A stretch of 62,693 nt of DNA, the filler included, from Chiloscyllium plagiosum (Eukaryota), in assembly GCF_004010195.1 (NCBI RefSeq). It is 4 parts of one record of this genome, joined end to end, with 100 filler letters (N's around TTAATTAATTAA, not from the genome) between each part and the next. Parts side by side here need not be neighbours in the genome. Positions count along the whole stretch, not along the records: positions 10,765 to 41,588 come from NC_057710.1; positions 41,689 to 55,465 come from NC_057710.1; 2 more parts are not named here. One strand, 5' to 3'. The translations under genes and the position numbers were made by a program. Of the stretch, positions 37,846 to 49,874 are shown piece after piece (position 1 is the stretch's first letter; each line of letters opens with the position of its first letter). The notes under the pieces were generated by a model. It made no database searches, was not told the origin of the DNA, and saw only the letters and a list, made by a program, of their open reading frames with translations.

Positions 37846-39124
37846 AGTGATTTTAATTGCACCAGATGAAGTCATTAACTATTTTAGTGTTTACAGAATC
37901 TGTGTGGCTGCATTTAGAACAAAGGAATGGGAGGTTGAGGTAAAAGACCGTGTTGAAAATACAATCTTCCGTTCAAGATAACTATTCGAGAGGGATGCCC
38001 ATCATCTGTACCTGGTAGCAATTACACTTTGTAATCTTCAGTGAAAGCATTGGTCAGAAAAATGGTAACAGAAATGAATTTAACCCAAGTTCATACACAC
38101 AGATAAACAACAACTGTTTCTGTTTAATTGAACTGAATCCAGTTCATGTTTTCAGGCTGTAAGTCTGGTCTACATGAATGGGCTATGGTTTGGCCACTTT
38201 CAGTGTTGACTTACTAATTTCATAAAATTTACATTTATCTCCTCAAACCCATGTAATCCTCCAAATGATAACCCAGTGAATATTTTGAGTTGAATTTTGC
38301 CAGAGTTGGGAACCATCAGTCTCATATTCACTGATCCACTTTCCAACGGCTCTTTCGCAATGTTGAGGTCTGTTTAGTAATCAGGAGTACAGAGATTCCG
38401 GTGTCGTGACACATACTTTTCCAGGGTCTCCTTGGCCCATAAAGTTGGCCAGAGGATGCTTCTTTCACTGGGGTGTTCAGATTAACGATCATGTTACCAG
38501 CCCATTTACAGCAAATAAAGTAAACCACCCAGTCTGGCTGTCTGGCAGTCTGTAATATGTTTGTGTGTTAGTAATTAGAAAACAGTCTCACGGGTCAGAA
38601 ATTAAAATATTACATCCACCTAACTCAGAAAAACAGCCAAGATCATTAGTTTACTTCATTATTCCATTGTGTACATCTAAGCTTTCCAAAAGTGAAGGTA
38701 GAAAACATTTCTTCACAGAATGAACGGTAGAGATATAAACAGTCTTCCACAAACAGTAGATGGTGCTAAGTCAATTATAAATCAAAGAATGATTGATCAT
38801 GTCTGTTGATCTGAGTTATTAAGGGATATGGGGCAGCAGCAATCTCATGGGATTATGCCACAGATCAGGCATAATCCCAGTGAATGGCAGAACAAGATTT
38901 AGGGATTAAACGATCTCCTGTTCCTGTGTTCCTATTTCATCAGCAGCACTAATAAATTCTGGGGGATGATGTATCTTTTGCACGTTAAAGATTGAAATTC
39001 CACAAGAGTTCAGGTCTCTGTGCCATCAAGCCCAAGCCATGCTTTTTTTGAGTGCTGTGTGGTCAAGAAATAGTACTGTGCTTCCTGCCCAAAGCATACC
39101 GAATTTATGTGGATCATTTCCTCC

Positions 39125-40620
39125 GTAAGACCACAAGGTGTAGGAGCAGCAATAGGCCTTTCAGCCCATTGAGTCTGCTGTACCATTCAATGAGACTTTG
39201 GCTGATTTGATCATCTTCAACTCCACTTTCCTACCTTTTCCCTATAACATTAATTTCCCTACTGATTATAAATATGTCTATCTCAGCCTTGAAGATTCAT
39301 AATAAGCCTCGACACCTCTCTGCAGTTAAGAATTCTGCAGAATTACTACCTTTTGAGAGAAGCAATTCTTCCTCATTTATATCTTAAATGTGCAACCCCT
39401 TATTCTGAGAGTATAACCTCTTGTTCTAGACTCTCCCACAGGGGAAGCAATCTTTCTGCATCTATCCTGTCAAATCCCCTCAGATTTGTGTGTTTCAATA
39501 AGGTCACCTCTTGCTCTTCTAAGTATTTTCCAATAAGATGACAGGGGAGTAGGGCCTCTGAGCCACTCCATCCACTTTTTGTTTCTTCTGTTTTTACTTT
39601 TTTTTTGTTTTATACTCTCCTATTTTGTTTACCTCTTTGTTGAAGAGCTTGGGAGCTTGTGACGAAAAGTAGGCCCAGAGCAGACTAGTGGTGGTGACGT
39701 CAGAGAGAGTTTGGGTGATTTGATGCGATGGTCCTAATGTTGATTCATGGCTACTGTGGCGAGTTTGGGTTGCCGATAGTGTTTGCATCCAGCACAGATT
39801 CATGGAGGTGGTGGCGGAGGTGAGATTGGGCTGCTGTGGTACCTGGCATCAGCAGAGCCTGCATTGGTGAGGTCCAGCGATGCCCTTGCCACATAAGTCA
39901 TCGGTGGAGGTGAGATGGTGCCGAAGACTGGTGAATTTTGTTCCAGTAGTGCGGCAAAGGGATTTTGTGCATGGCCACCAGGTCCATGGCCCATTGAGGA
40001 GGACTCTAAGAAGGACTGTAAAGTTAATCAGAATTTCTTTCTTTCTTTATTCTTCTGCCTTTATATTCTATATTTTGATTTATTTTTCTGTGTATTAAGA
40101 TGGCACCAGAGAGTGAAGACACGATACAATACTTTTCACTGTATTTTGTAACAAAATACATGTAATAATAAATAAATCAAGGCAAAAATCAAATAAATTC
40201 CAATGAGTACAGGCCCAACCTGCCCAAACACTCATAACATTCAGTCCCTCCATATCTGGTATCAGCCCAGTGAGCCTTCTCTGGACCTCCACCAATGCCA
40301 GTATATCTCTCCTGAGAAAAGTGAACCAAAATGGTTCACAATATTCAGCTGTGGTCTGACTAGAGCCTAATATAGTTTTAGTGAAACCTCCATTCCCTTT
40401 GAAATAAAGGCAAACATTCCATGTGCCTTTTCAATTACCTACCGAACTTGGATGTTAGCTTTCCATCATTCATGCTCTCTAAACCCTCTGTTCTTAGCTT
40501 TCTGCATTCCTTCTCCATTTTAATAATATCCAGCTCCTCCATTCTTCCTGACAAAGTGCATAACCTCATATTTTCCTACTTTATAATCAGTCACCCAATT
40601 GTTAGCCCACTCCCTTAATC
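39125..40620 (-). mobile_element. Old CR1 3' fragment interrupted by a ~600-bp insertion (~39540-40195)
   Basis: Antisense CR1 3' UTR and ORF2 end (MVEVQRRLTGLIPDMEGL); TTCCAAT(A/G)AG repeated on both sides of the insert. Confidence 0.65.
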
Positions 40621-40629
40621 TGCCTATAA

Positions 40630-41480
40630 TCATAGAACATAGAAGAATACAGCGCAGTACAGGCCCTTTGGCCCTCGATGTTGCGCCGATCCAAGCCCAC
40701 CTAACCTATACTAACCCACTATCCTCCATATACCTATCCAATGCCCGCTTAAATGCCCATAAAGAGGGAGAGTCCACCACTGCTTTTGCGCCGATCCAAG
40801 CCCACCTAACCTATACTAACCCACTATCCTCCATATTCCTATCCAATGCCCGCTTAAATGCCCATAAAGAGGGAGAGTCCACCACTGCTACTGGCAGGGC
40901 ATTCCATGAACTTACGACTCGCTGAGTGAAGAACCTACCCCTAACTTCAGTCCTATATCTACCCCCCCTTAATTTAAAGCTATGCCCCCTCGTAATAGCT
41001 GACTCCATACGTGGAAAAAGATTCTCACTGTCGACCCTATCTAAACCCCTAATCATCTTGTACACCTCAATCAAGTCACCCCTAAACCTTCTTTTCTCTA
41101 AGGAAAACAGCCCCAAGTGCCTCAGCCTTTCCTCATACAATCTTCCTACCATACCAGGCAACATCCTGGGAAACCTCCTCTGCACCCGTTCCAGTGCCTC
41201 CACATCCTTCCAATAGTATGGCGACCAAAACTGCACACAATATTCCAGATGCGATGCACCAGAGTCTTATACAACTGCATCATGACCTCAGGACTCCGGA
41301 AATCAATTCCTCTACCAATAAAAGCCAGTACACCATATGCCTTCCTCACCGCACTATTTACCTGGGTGGCAACTTTCAGAGATCTGTGTACATGGACACC
41401 AAGATCCCTCTGCTCATCCACACTACCAAGTATCCGACCATTAGCCCAGTACCCCATCTATTAGCCCAGTACCCCATCTG
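40630..41480 (-). mobile_element. Young CR1 LINE 3' fragment
   Basis: ORF 40811-41236 QFWSPYYWKDVEALERVQRRF...TRGHSFKL...FFTQRVV; CATAGAA tail; same family as 62461-62693. Confidence 0.92.
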
Positions 41481-41588
41481 CAAAGGAGCAACTTTTTCAT
41501 GCAGAGGGTGGTGCGTGTATGGAATGAGCTGCCAGAGGAAGTGGTGGAGGCTGGTACAATTACAACATTTAAAAGGCATCTGGATGGG

Positions 41589-41688
41589 NNNNNNNNNNNN
41601 NNNNNNNNNNNNNNNNNNNNNNNNNNNNNNNNTTAATTAATTAANNNNNNNNNNNNNNNNNNNNNNNNNNNNNNNNNNNNNNNNNNNN
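41589..41688. other. Assembly gap with artificial linker
   Basis: N run with TTAATTAATTAA at 41633-41644. Confidence 0.95.
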
Positions 41689-42014
41689 GAAACGTTTGCA
41701 ACAAAAATTCCCAGCTCGGCGAACAGAACCACAACAACGAGCACCCGAGCTACAAATCTTCGCACAAACTTTGAATCTTCTGGAATGTTTGAGTAGCGCT
41801 GGTTATGGAGGTGGGTAGATAAAAGTTTGTTGTACTTACAGTTTTTGATGTTTGAGATGGAATTGAAATACTGTTTGTTGAGAGTATGAATTCTCCTGAG
41901 GATGTAGTACAGAGTGGGTCCTTTGCAATTCTGAGAGAGTGTGGCCCTCAGCTGAGGCAGGAGATAAGCATGTCTGTCAAATTAGTGCTCATTTAGGATT
42001 TCTTTGGTTTACAC

Positions 42015-42732
42015 TCAATTTTTTGCTTGGAATGCATGAGCAATTTGTTGACATGAATAGTGCCCTTAATTTTTGGCTATATTTTTTGTTAGCACCATTG
42101 ATAGATGGAGCAATGAGTATATATGTTCCAGTCCACATTACTGCAGTGCTCCATATTGTCCAGTGACAAACCGGAGTCAGCCGCTGTCTGCTTGAGGACA
42201 GTGCTACAGTATAATTACACTGATTGTACACACTAGGCAGAAACAATGCCTCATATCCTCTGAGAGATCTTGGGTAATCAAAGATTCCTTTTATGTTAAG
42301 CAGCCACACTTTCTTCCCACCCTGGGAAAATAACCATTTTGATCATTTCAGCACATTCTTTCAATGTGCCACTGGAGGGGAATGCACTTTGAAGGGGGTT
42401 TACAAAGTGTCACTGGACTTACAAAGGGGTTTCACAGTACCTCATAAAATATTAAGTCATAATAACCTATGATGTTGGAGATAGTACTTGATGTGAATAG
42501 AGAATTGGCTAATGGACAGGAAAGAGCGAGTGGGGGGTAAAGGGATCTTCCTCAAGTCAACTTTTTGCTTGGAATGCACGAGCAATTTGCTTACGTGAAT
42601 AGTGCCCTTAATTCTTGGCTATATTTTTTGTTAGCACCATTGATAGATGGAGCAATGAGTATATACGTTCCAGTCCACATTGCTGCTGTGCTCCATATTG
42701 TCCAGTGATAGACCGGAGGCAGCCGCTGTCTG
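42015..42732 (+). repeat. 176-bp dispersed direct repeat (42015-42190 and 42557-42732)
   Basis: Ungapped alignment with about 12 mismatches by manual count. Confidence 0.9.
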
Positions 42733-42859
42733 TCACAGGGATCAGTTTTGGTAGCACAACTGTTATATATTAATAATTTGGTGGAAGAAAATGAATGTAC
42801 TGTGGCTAAATTTGCACATGACACAAAAATAGGTGGAAAGGCAGAATGCAAGAGGGCAG

Positions 42860-45750
42860 TCTCAGAAAAAAGTACAGTTGAGAACAGAAGCGAGTCAAAC
42901 ACTCAGGGCTGGCAGGGACAAGGTAGGACTAATAAATTAAACTGCATTTATTTCAATGCCAGGGGCCTTAGAGGGAAGGCAGATGAACTCAGGGCATGGT
43001 TAGAAACATGCGACTGGGATATCATAGCAATTACAGCTCAGGGATGGGCAGGACTGGCAGCTTAATCTTCCAGGATACAAATGCTACAGGAAGGATAGAA
43101 AGGGAGGCAAGAGAGGAGAGGGAATAGCATTTTTGATAAGGAATAGCATTATAGCTGTGCTGAGGGAGGATATTCCTGGGAACACATCCAGGGAAGTTAT
43201 TTGGGTGGAACTGAGAAATAAGAAAGGGATGATCACCTTATTGGGATTGTATTATAGATCCCCTAATAGTCAGAGGGAAATTGAAAAACAAACTTGTAAG
43301 GTGATCTCAGCTATCTGTAAGAATAATAGGGTGGTTATGGTAGGGGATTTTAACATTCCAAACAAAGACTGGGACTGCCACAGTGTTAAGGGTTTAGATG
43401 GAGAGGGGTTTGTTAAGTGTGTACAAACAATTTTCTGATTCAGTAAGTGTATATACCTACTAGAGAAGGTGCAAAACTTGGCGTACTCTTGGGAAATAAG
43501 GCAGGGCAGGTGACTGAGGCGTCAGTGGGGGAGCACTTTGGGGCCAGCGACCATAATTCTATTAGATTTAAAATAATGATGGAAAAGGATAGACCAGATC
43601 TGAAAGTTGAAGTTCTAAATTGGAGAAAGGCCAATTTTGACGGTATTAGGCAAGAACTTTCAAAAGTTGATTGGAGGCAGATGTTCGCAGGTAAAGGGAC
43701 GGTTGGAAAATCGGAAGCCTTCAGAAATGAGTTAACGAGAATTCAGAGAAAATATATTCCTGTTAGGGTGAAAGGAAAGGCTGGTAGGTATAGGGAACGC
43801 TGGATGACTAAAGAAATTGCAGGCTTGGTTAAGAAAAAGAAGGAAGCATATGTAAGGTATAGGCAGGATAGATCGAGTGAATCCTTAGAGTATAAAGAAA
43901 GTAGGAGTATACTTAAGAGGGAAATCAGGAGGGCAAAAAGGGGACATGAGATAGCTTTGGAAAATAGAATTAAGGAGAATCCAAAGAGATTTTACAAATA
44001 CATAAAGGACAAAAGGATAACCAGGGAGAGAATATGGCCCCTCAAAGATCAGCAAGGCAGCCTTTGTGTGGAGCTGCAGAAAATGGGGGAGATACTGAAT
44101 GATTATTTTGCATCAGTATTTACTGTGGAAAAGGATATGGAAAATATAGACTGGAGGGAAATAGATGGTGACACCTTGCAAACTGTTCATATTAAAGAGG
44201 AGGAAGTACTGGATGTCTTGAAATGGGTAAAGGTGGATAAATCCCCAGGACCTGATCAGGTGGATGCTAGAACTCTGTGGGAAGCTAGAGAAGTGATTGC
44301 TGGGCCTCTTGCTGAGATATTTGTATCATCAATAGTCACAGGTAAGGTGCCGGAAGACTGGAGGTTGGCAAACGTGATGCTGCTGTTTAAGAAGGGTGGT
44401 AAGGACAAGCCAGGGAACTATAGACCAGTGAGCCTGACCTCGGTGGTGGGCAAGTTGTTGGAGGGAATCCTGAGGGACAGGATGTCCATGCATTTGGAAA
44501 GGCAAGGACTGATTAGGGTTAGTCAACATGGCTTTGTGCATGGGAAATCATATCTCACAAACTTGATTGAATTTTTTGAAGTAACAAAGAGGATTGATGA
44601 GGGCAGAGTGGTAGATGTGATCTATATGGACTTCAGTAAGGCATTCGACAAGGTTCCTCATGGGAGACTGATTAGCAAGGTTAGATCTCATGGAATACAG
44701 GGGGAACTAGCCATTTGGATACAGAACTGGCTCCAAGGTAGAAGACAGAGGGTGGTGGTGGAGGGTTGTTTTTCAGACTGGAGGCCTGTGATCAGTGGAT
44801 TGCCACAAGGATTGGTGCTGGGTCCTCTACTTTTTGTCATTTACATAAATGATTTGGATGCGAGCATAAGAGGTACAGTTAGTAAGCTTGCAGATGGCAC
44901 CAAAATTGGAGGTGTAGTGAACAGTGAAGAGGGTTACCTCAGATTAAAACAGGATCTTGAGCAGATGGGCCAATGGGCTGAGAAGTGGCAGATGGAGTTT
45001 AATTCCGATAAATGACAGGTGCTGCATTTTGGGAAAGCAAATCTTAGCAGGACTTATACACTTAATGGTCAGGTCCTAGGGAGGGTTGCAGGTTCATAGC
45101 TCCTTGAAAGTGAAGTCGCAGATAGATAGGATAGTGAAGAAGACATTTGGTATGCTTTCTTTTATTGGTCAGAGTATTGAGTACAGGAGTTGGGAGGTCA
45201 TGTTGCGGCTGTACAGGACATTGGTTAGGCCACTGTTGGAATATTGCGTGCAATTCTGGTCTCCTTCCTATCGGAAAGATGTTGTGAAATTTTAAAGGTA
45301 TCAGAAAAGATTTACAAGGATGTTGCCAGGGTTGCAGGATTTGAGCTCTAGGGAGAGGCTGAACAGGCTGGGGATGTTTTCCCTGGAGCATCGGGGGCTG
45401 AGGGGTGACCTTATAGAGGTTTACAAAGTAATGAGGGACATGGATAAAATAAATAGGCAAAGTCTTTTCCCTGGGGTCGGGGAGTCCCGAACTAGAGGGC
45501 ATAGGTTTAGGATGAGAGGGGAAAGATGTAAAAAAGACCTTGGGGGCAACTTTTTCACACAGGGGGTGGTACGTGTATGGAATGAGGAAGTGGTGGAATG
45601 CAACATTTAAAAGGCATTTGGATGGGTGTATGAATAGGAAGGGTTTGGAGGCTTATGGGTCGGGTGCTGCTAGGTGGGACGAGATTGGGTTGGGATATCT
45701 GGTTGGCATGGACCGAAGGGTCTGTTTCCACGCTGTACATCTCTATGACT
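42860..45750 (+). mobile_element. CR1 LINE with near-complete but inactivated ORF2 (APE endonuclease + RT) and 3' UTR
   Basis: EN motifs YFNARGL, YYRSP, MVGDFN, SDHN; 522-aa ORF 43447-45015 with NYRPVSLTS, YMDFSKAFD, PQG..LGP; catalytic FADD reads LADG; tail CTCTATGACT. Confidence 0.95.
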
Positions 45751-46077
45751 GAGATGTGGAGGAATTTCTTCCCTGAGGGTTAAGAGACTTTGGAACTCCT
45801 TGCTGCAGAAAGACCGTGTCATTGTGTATACTTAAAGTTGAGATGGATAGATTCTTGATAGTAGGGGAAACGAAGGTTATGGTGAAAGGGTAGGAAAGGG
45901 GATGTGAGGAGTGTCAGATCAACCATGATCCTATTGAATGGCTGAGCAGGCTTGAGAGGCTTATGGTAAGAGAGAATTGAACAATTGCTCATCGACACTC
46001 AATGCCATTGCCATCGCTAAATCCCCCACTATTAATATTCTTGGTGTTAGCATTGAGCAGAAGCTTTACAGGACCAT

Positions 46078-46270
46078 GGGCAGCACGGTGGCTCAGTGGT
46101 TAGCATTGCTGCCTCACAGCGCCAGGGACCCAGATTTGTTTCCATCCTGGGCAACTGTCTGTGTGGAATTTACATGTTCTGTGTTTGCATGAGTTTCCTC
46201 TGGGTGCTTCAGTTTCCTCCCACAGTCCAAAAATGTGCAGGCTGGGTGGGTTAGCCATGGGAAATGTGAA
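46078..46270 (+). mobile_element. HE1-type SINE, 3' truncated
   Basis: GGGCAGCACGGTGGCTCAGTGGTTAGC head plus core. Confidence 0.8.
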
Positions 46271-46622
46271 GTTCCAGGTGTGGGGGTGGAGGAGGTGAAG
46301 AAGGTTAGAGGGCGAAGAAGATTAGAGATGAAAATGCCATAGAACAAAAGAAGAGGTAATGAAGAAATGAAGTGTTGGTCCAGAGAAGGTGCTAATAGCA
46401 GAATAAAGGTCAGCTTTGGCTGAAACAAAAAGCATGAAAACAAAATACAGACACTGGATGAAAAATTATCCAACTGGAGAACAAAGTTCATGGCCTGAAG
46501 TTGTTGAACACTGCATTGCGTTCTGTGAAGAACTCAGTGAGAAAATGAGATGTTTTGCAACCTTGTCTTGAGCTTCTGTGTAAAACCACACCTTGGTCTC
46601 TGGATTGCTACTTCAGTGACAT

Positions 46623-46910
46623 TGGCTCAGTGGTTAGCACTGCTGCCTCACAGCACCAGGGACCCAGATTCAATCCCAACCTTGGGCAACTGTTTGTGTG
46701 GAGTTTACACATTTTCCCTGTGTCTATGTGGATTTCCTCCGGGTGCTCTGGTTTCCTCCCACAGTCCAAAGATGTGCAGGTCAGGTGAATTGGCCATAGT
46801 GTCAGGTGCATTCATCAAAGGGAAACTGGTCTGGGTGGATTACTCTTCGGAGGGTCGGTGTAGACTTGTTGGGCCAAAGGGCCTGTCCCCACACTATAGG
46901 GAATCTAATC
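46623..46910 (+). mobile_element. HE1-type SINE
   Basis: TGGCTCAGTGGTTAGC ... GGAATCTAATC. Confidence 0.85.
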
Positions 46911-47637
46911 ATCCCCCTGCAGGTTTTGGAATGTCTAGTTGGTAGTGTCTGAGGGCAACTTTCCCTGCAAGTTCTCGATCAACACTGATTGTTATAGAGC
47001 TCGGTCACCTGCTTATGATCTACCTGCAACAGCCAGATTTCTCTGCCATTAATAGTCAAGATGATTTCAGTTCAAAACTATTATAAGTGGTCAGCAGAGA
47101 TTGATTGTAAACAGAGTGCATTGTAAACAAGGTAATAGTCTGGAAGAAATAGTTACACTGGGTTTGAAATTTTTAACTCTGTTTCTCTCTCAATAGATAT
47201 TTGTAGGCATGTCTGCATTTCTTCGTCACTTTCTGTCTTTATTCAAAAACTTAGAATTTAGCTCAAGAGAAAAACCCAGTAAATGGTGCGTAATTGCGTT
47301 TAATGGGAAATTAATTTAACTTATTGAACTTAATTTTGTAAATGATCAAATAAATTATAAGTTAATTTATTATATCTACCAGTGACAGTTAATTAAATCA
47401 TCTATGTGTGACTGAATGCATAGAAATTAATTTCTAGAGTAAGAGGCTGAGTCAACTATGTAATCTAGGTCCAGAAGGTATATATATAAGTAAACAGTAT
47501 CTGCTGATTCATAGAACAATCACAGAACAGAATGCATCACAGACAGAATTCAACAGTTAGGAATTTGGTGGGAATTGTATATAGAGTGTGAAGGGGATGC
47601 TGCTTTTTCCCATGATATCCATGGTGCTTTGTATTAC

Positions 47638-48208
47638 TGAGTCATAGAGTCATAAAGATCTACAGCATGGAAATAGATCCTTTGGTCCAACTTGTCCATG
47701 CCAAATAGATAACATAGTCCCATTTGCCAGCACTTGGCCCATATCCCTCTAAACCCTTCCTATTCATATATTCATCCAGATATTGTAATTGTACCAGCCT
47801 TCACCACTTCCTCTGGCAGCTCATTCCATACTTGCACTACTCTCTGTATGAAAATGTTGCCCTTAGGTCCCTTCTAAATCTTTCCCCTCTCACCTTAAAT
47901 TTATGCCCTCTAGTTTTGGACTTCCATAACCTGGGGAAAAGACCTTGACTATTTGCCCTATCCATGCCTCTCATGATTTTAAGAACTTCTATAAGCTCAC
48001 CCCTCAGCCTCCAATGCTCCAGGGAAAATATCCCCAGTCTACTCAGCCTGTCCCTGTAGCTCAAACCCTCCAACCCTGACAACACCCTTGTCAAATTTTT
48101 CTGAAGCCTTTCAAGTTTAATAATATCTTCCGTATAGCAGGGAGACCAGAATTTAGTGCAGTATTCCAAACGTGGCCAAACCAATGTCCTGTAGCACAGC
48201 AACAAGAC
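47638..48208 (-). mobile_element. CR1 LINE 3' fragment
   Basis: ORF 47837-48205 (YRTLV.PRLEYC.KFWSP...KTRGHKFKVRGERF); GTCATAGAGTCATA tail. Confidence 0.9.
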
Positions 48209-49574
48209 CTTCTCCTGGTAAAGGTGTAAGTTAAATATAATTAGATTTTTAATTAGATCAGCTCATTAGTTAAAAGTTTAAAAACTACAAGCCAAGTCAA
48301 GTAAATATACAGATCGATCCCTTAAAATAAATAAAACAGGACTACATAAGGACAGCAGGGCAAGTCGTGCGCTGTTACTCCAGGATGTGGAAAGCATTGG
48401 ACAACAATGAGGAATAATCTTGACTCAAAAAAGCAGGACGTAGAATCCAAATGGGCGGAGATAATAATTAAAAAGTGTCGGAAAATGCTGGTGGAAGTAA
48501 TCCTTATCCCTCCTAACAGTAACAGTGCTGTTGGGAAGAGTATTCATCAAGAAATAAAAAGAGCTAGTAAATAAAGGCAAGGTGATTATTGCAGAGGCTT
48601 TAATTTTCCTAAAGTTTGTACAAATCAAATCATCAAAATTAGTTTAGGAGCTGAGATAACAGAGTATAGCTGGGGCAATTCTCTGGAATAAAATGCTATG
48701 GAACAAACTGTGCAGAGGCTCTTCTTGATCTTGTTTTGAATAAAGGACAGAGATGACTGGTAATCTCACAGTAAGGAATCCTCTGGGAAAAATTAGGAGA
48801 ACATTCTAGAATTTTAAGTTGAGCTGTAAAATGATCGACGTAAGGCTAAAACCTTAATATTGAAACCAATAACGTAGATGTTCAGATCAACTTGGCTAAG
48901 ACAAACTGGGAAATAAAATTAAAACCTAGTTAAGGCATTGATGAAGATTAGCAAAAATTAACATTTAAATAATTAACTCATAATTTTAATGAATCTATAT
49001 TCTGCTGAGAAGTAAACACTATATGGGAAAATAGATATGTCTATAGTTAGTTAAAGTGTTAAGCGATACATTAATTTATAAGTAGACGCTTCTGTTATTG
49101 TCAAGAACAGTAGGAAGCCTGAGTATTGGGAGTACATTTGCTAACAGTGAACAATGAACAAAAAATAATTGAATGGGAGAATACATAATAAGACCATTAG
49201 ACCAGAAGACAAAGTAGAAGTAGACCATTTGGCCCATCGAGTCTGTTCTGCGATTCAGTGAGATCACATCTGATCTAATAATCCTCATTTTCACTTTCCT
49301 GGCTTTACCCCATAATCCTTGATTCTCTTACTCATTTAAAATCTGTCTATGTCAGCCTTGAGTATACTTAATGACCCAGTCTTGATAGTTGGACTTGAAT
49401 TCCACAAATGTTTACCTTCCAACAGAAGGAATTCCCCCTCATTTGTGCCTTAAATGAATAGCTCCTAACTCTGAGATTTCCCTTTGTGATCCTAGACTCT
49501 CTTGGAAGGGGAAACAACCTTTCTGCATCTATCCTGTCAGGCCCCCTAAGAATCTTGAATGTTTCAATAAAGTC

Positions 49575-49874
49575 TTGATTTGGAGATGCCACTGTTAACA
49601 GCTAACCCGAGAATGCAACTTTAAAAAAAAGGGTTTTGTAATTTACACATGAAAGAAGTGAAACTATCACTGTATTTTAACAGATGAAAGGCTTAACAGA
49701 CAATTAATTTTTCAATGTATAACTTCAGTTACATCCCACTGTAAATTTTTGCTATAAATTCTGTGTTACGATCGAGCCCTCCACAATCACCTGATGAAGG
49801 AGCGTCGCTCCGAAATCTAGTGTGCTTCCAATTAAACCTGTTGGACTATAACCTGGTGTTGTGTGATTTTTAAC
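49575..49874 (+). mobile_element. Short Penelope pLTR insertion inside an old minus-strand CR1 (~49195-50240)
   Basis: Matches 16980-17262; starts TTGATTTGGAGATGCC as at 15585; hammerhead motif from 49791; 11-bp TSD TCAATAAAGTC (49564-49574, 49875-49885). Confidence 0.85.

Noticed and set aside
43447..45015. 522-aa RT ORF as a host gene or novel RT system
   Set aside because: Ordinary CR1 ORF2 in LINE context with a mutated catalytic motif.
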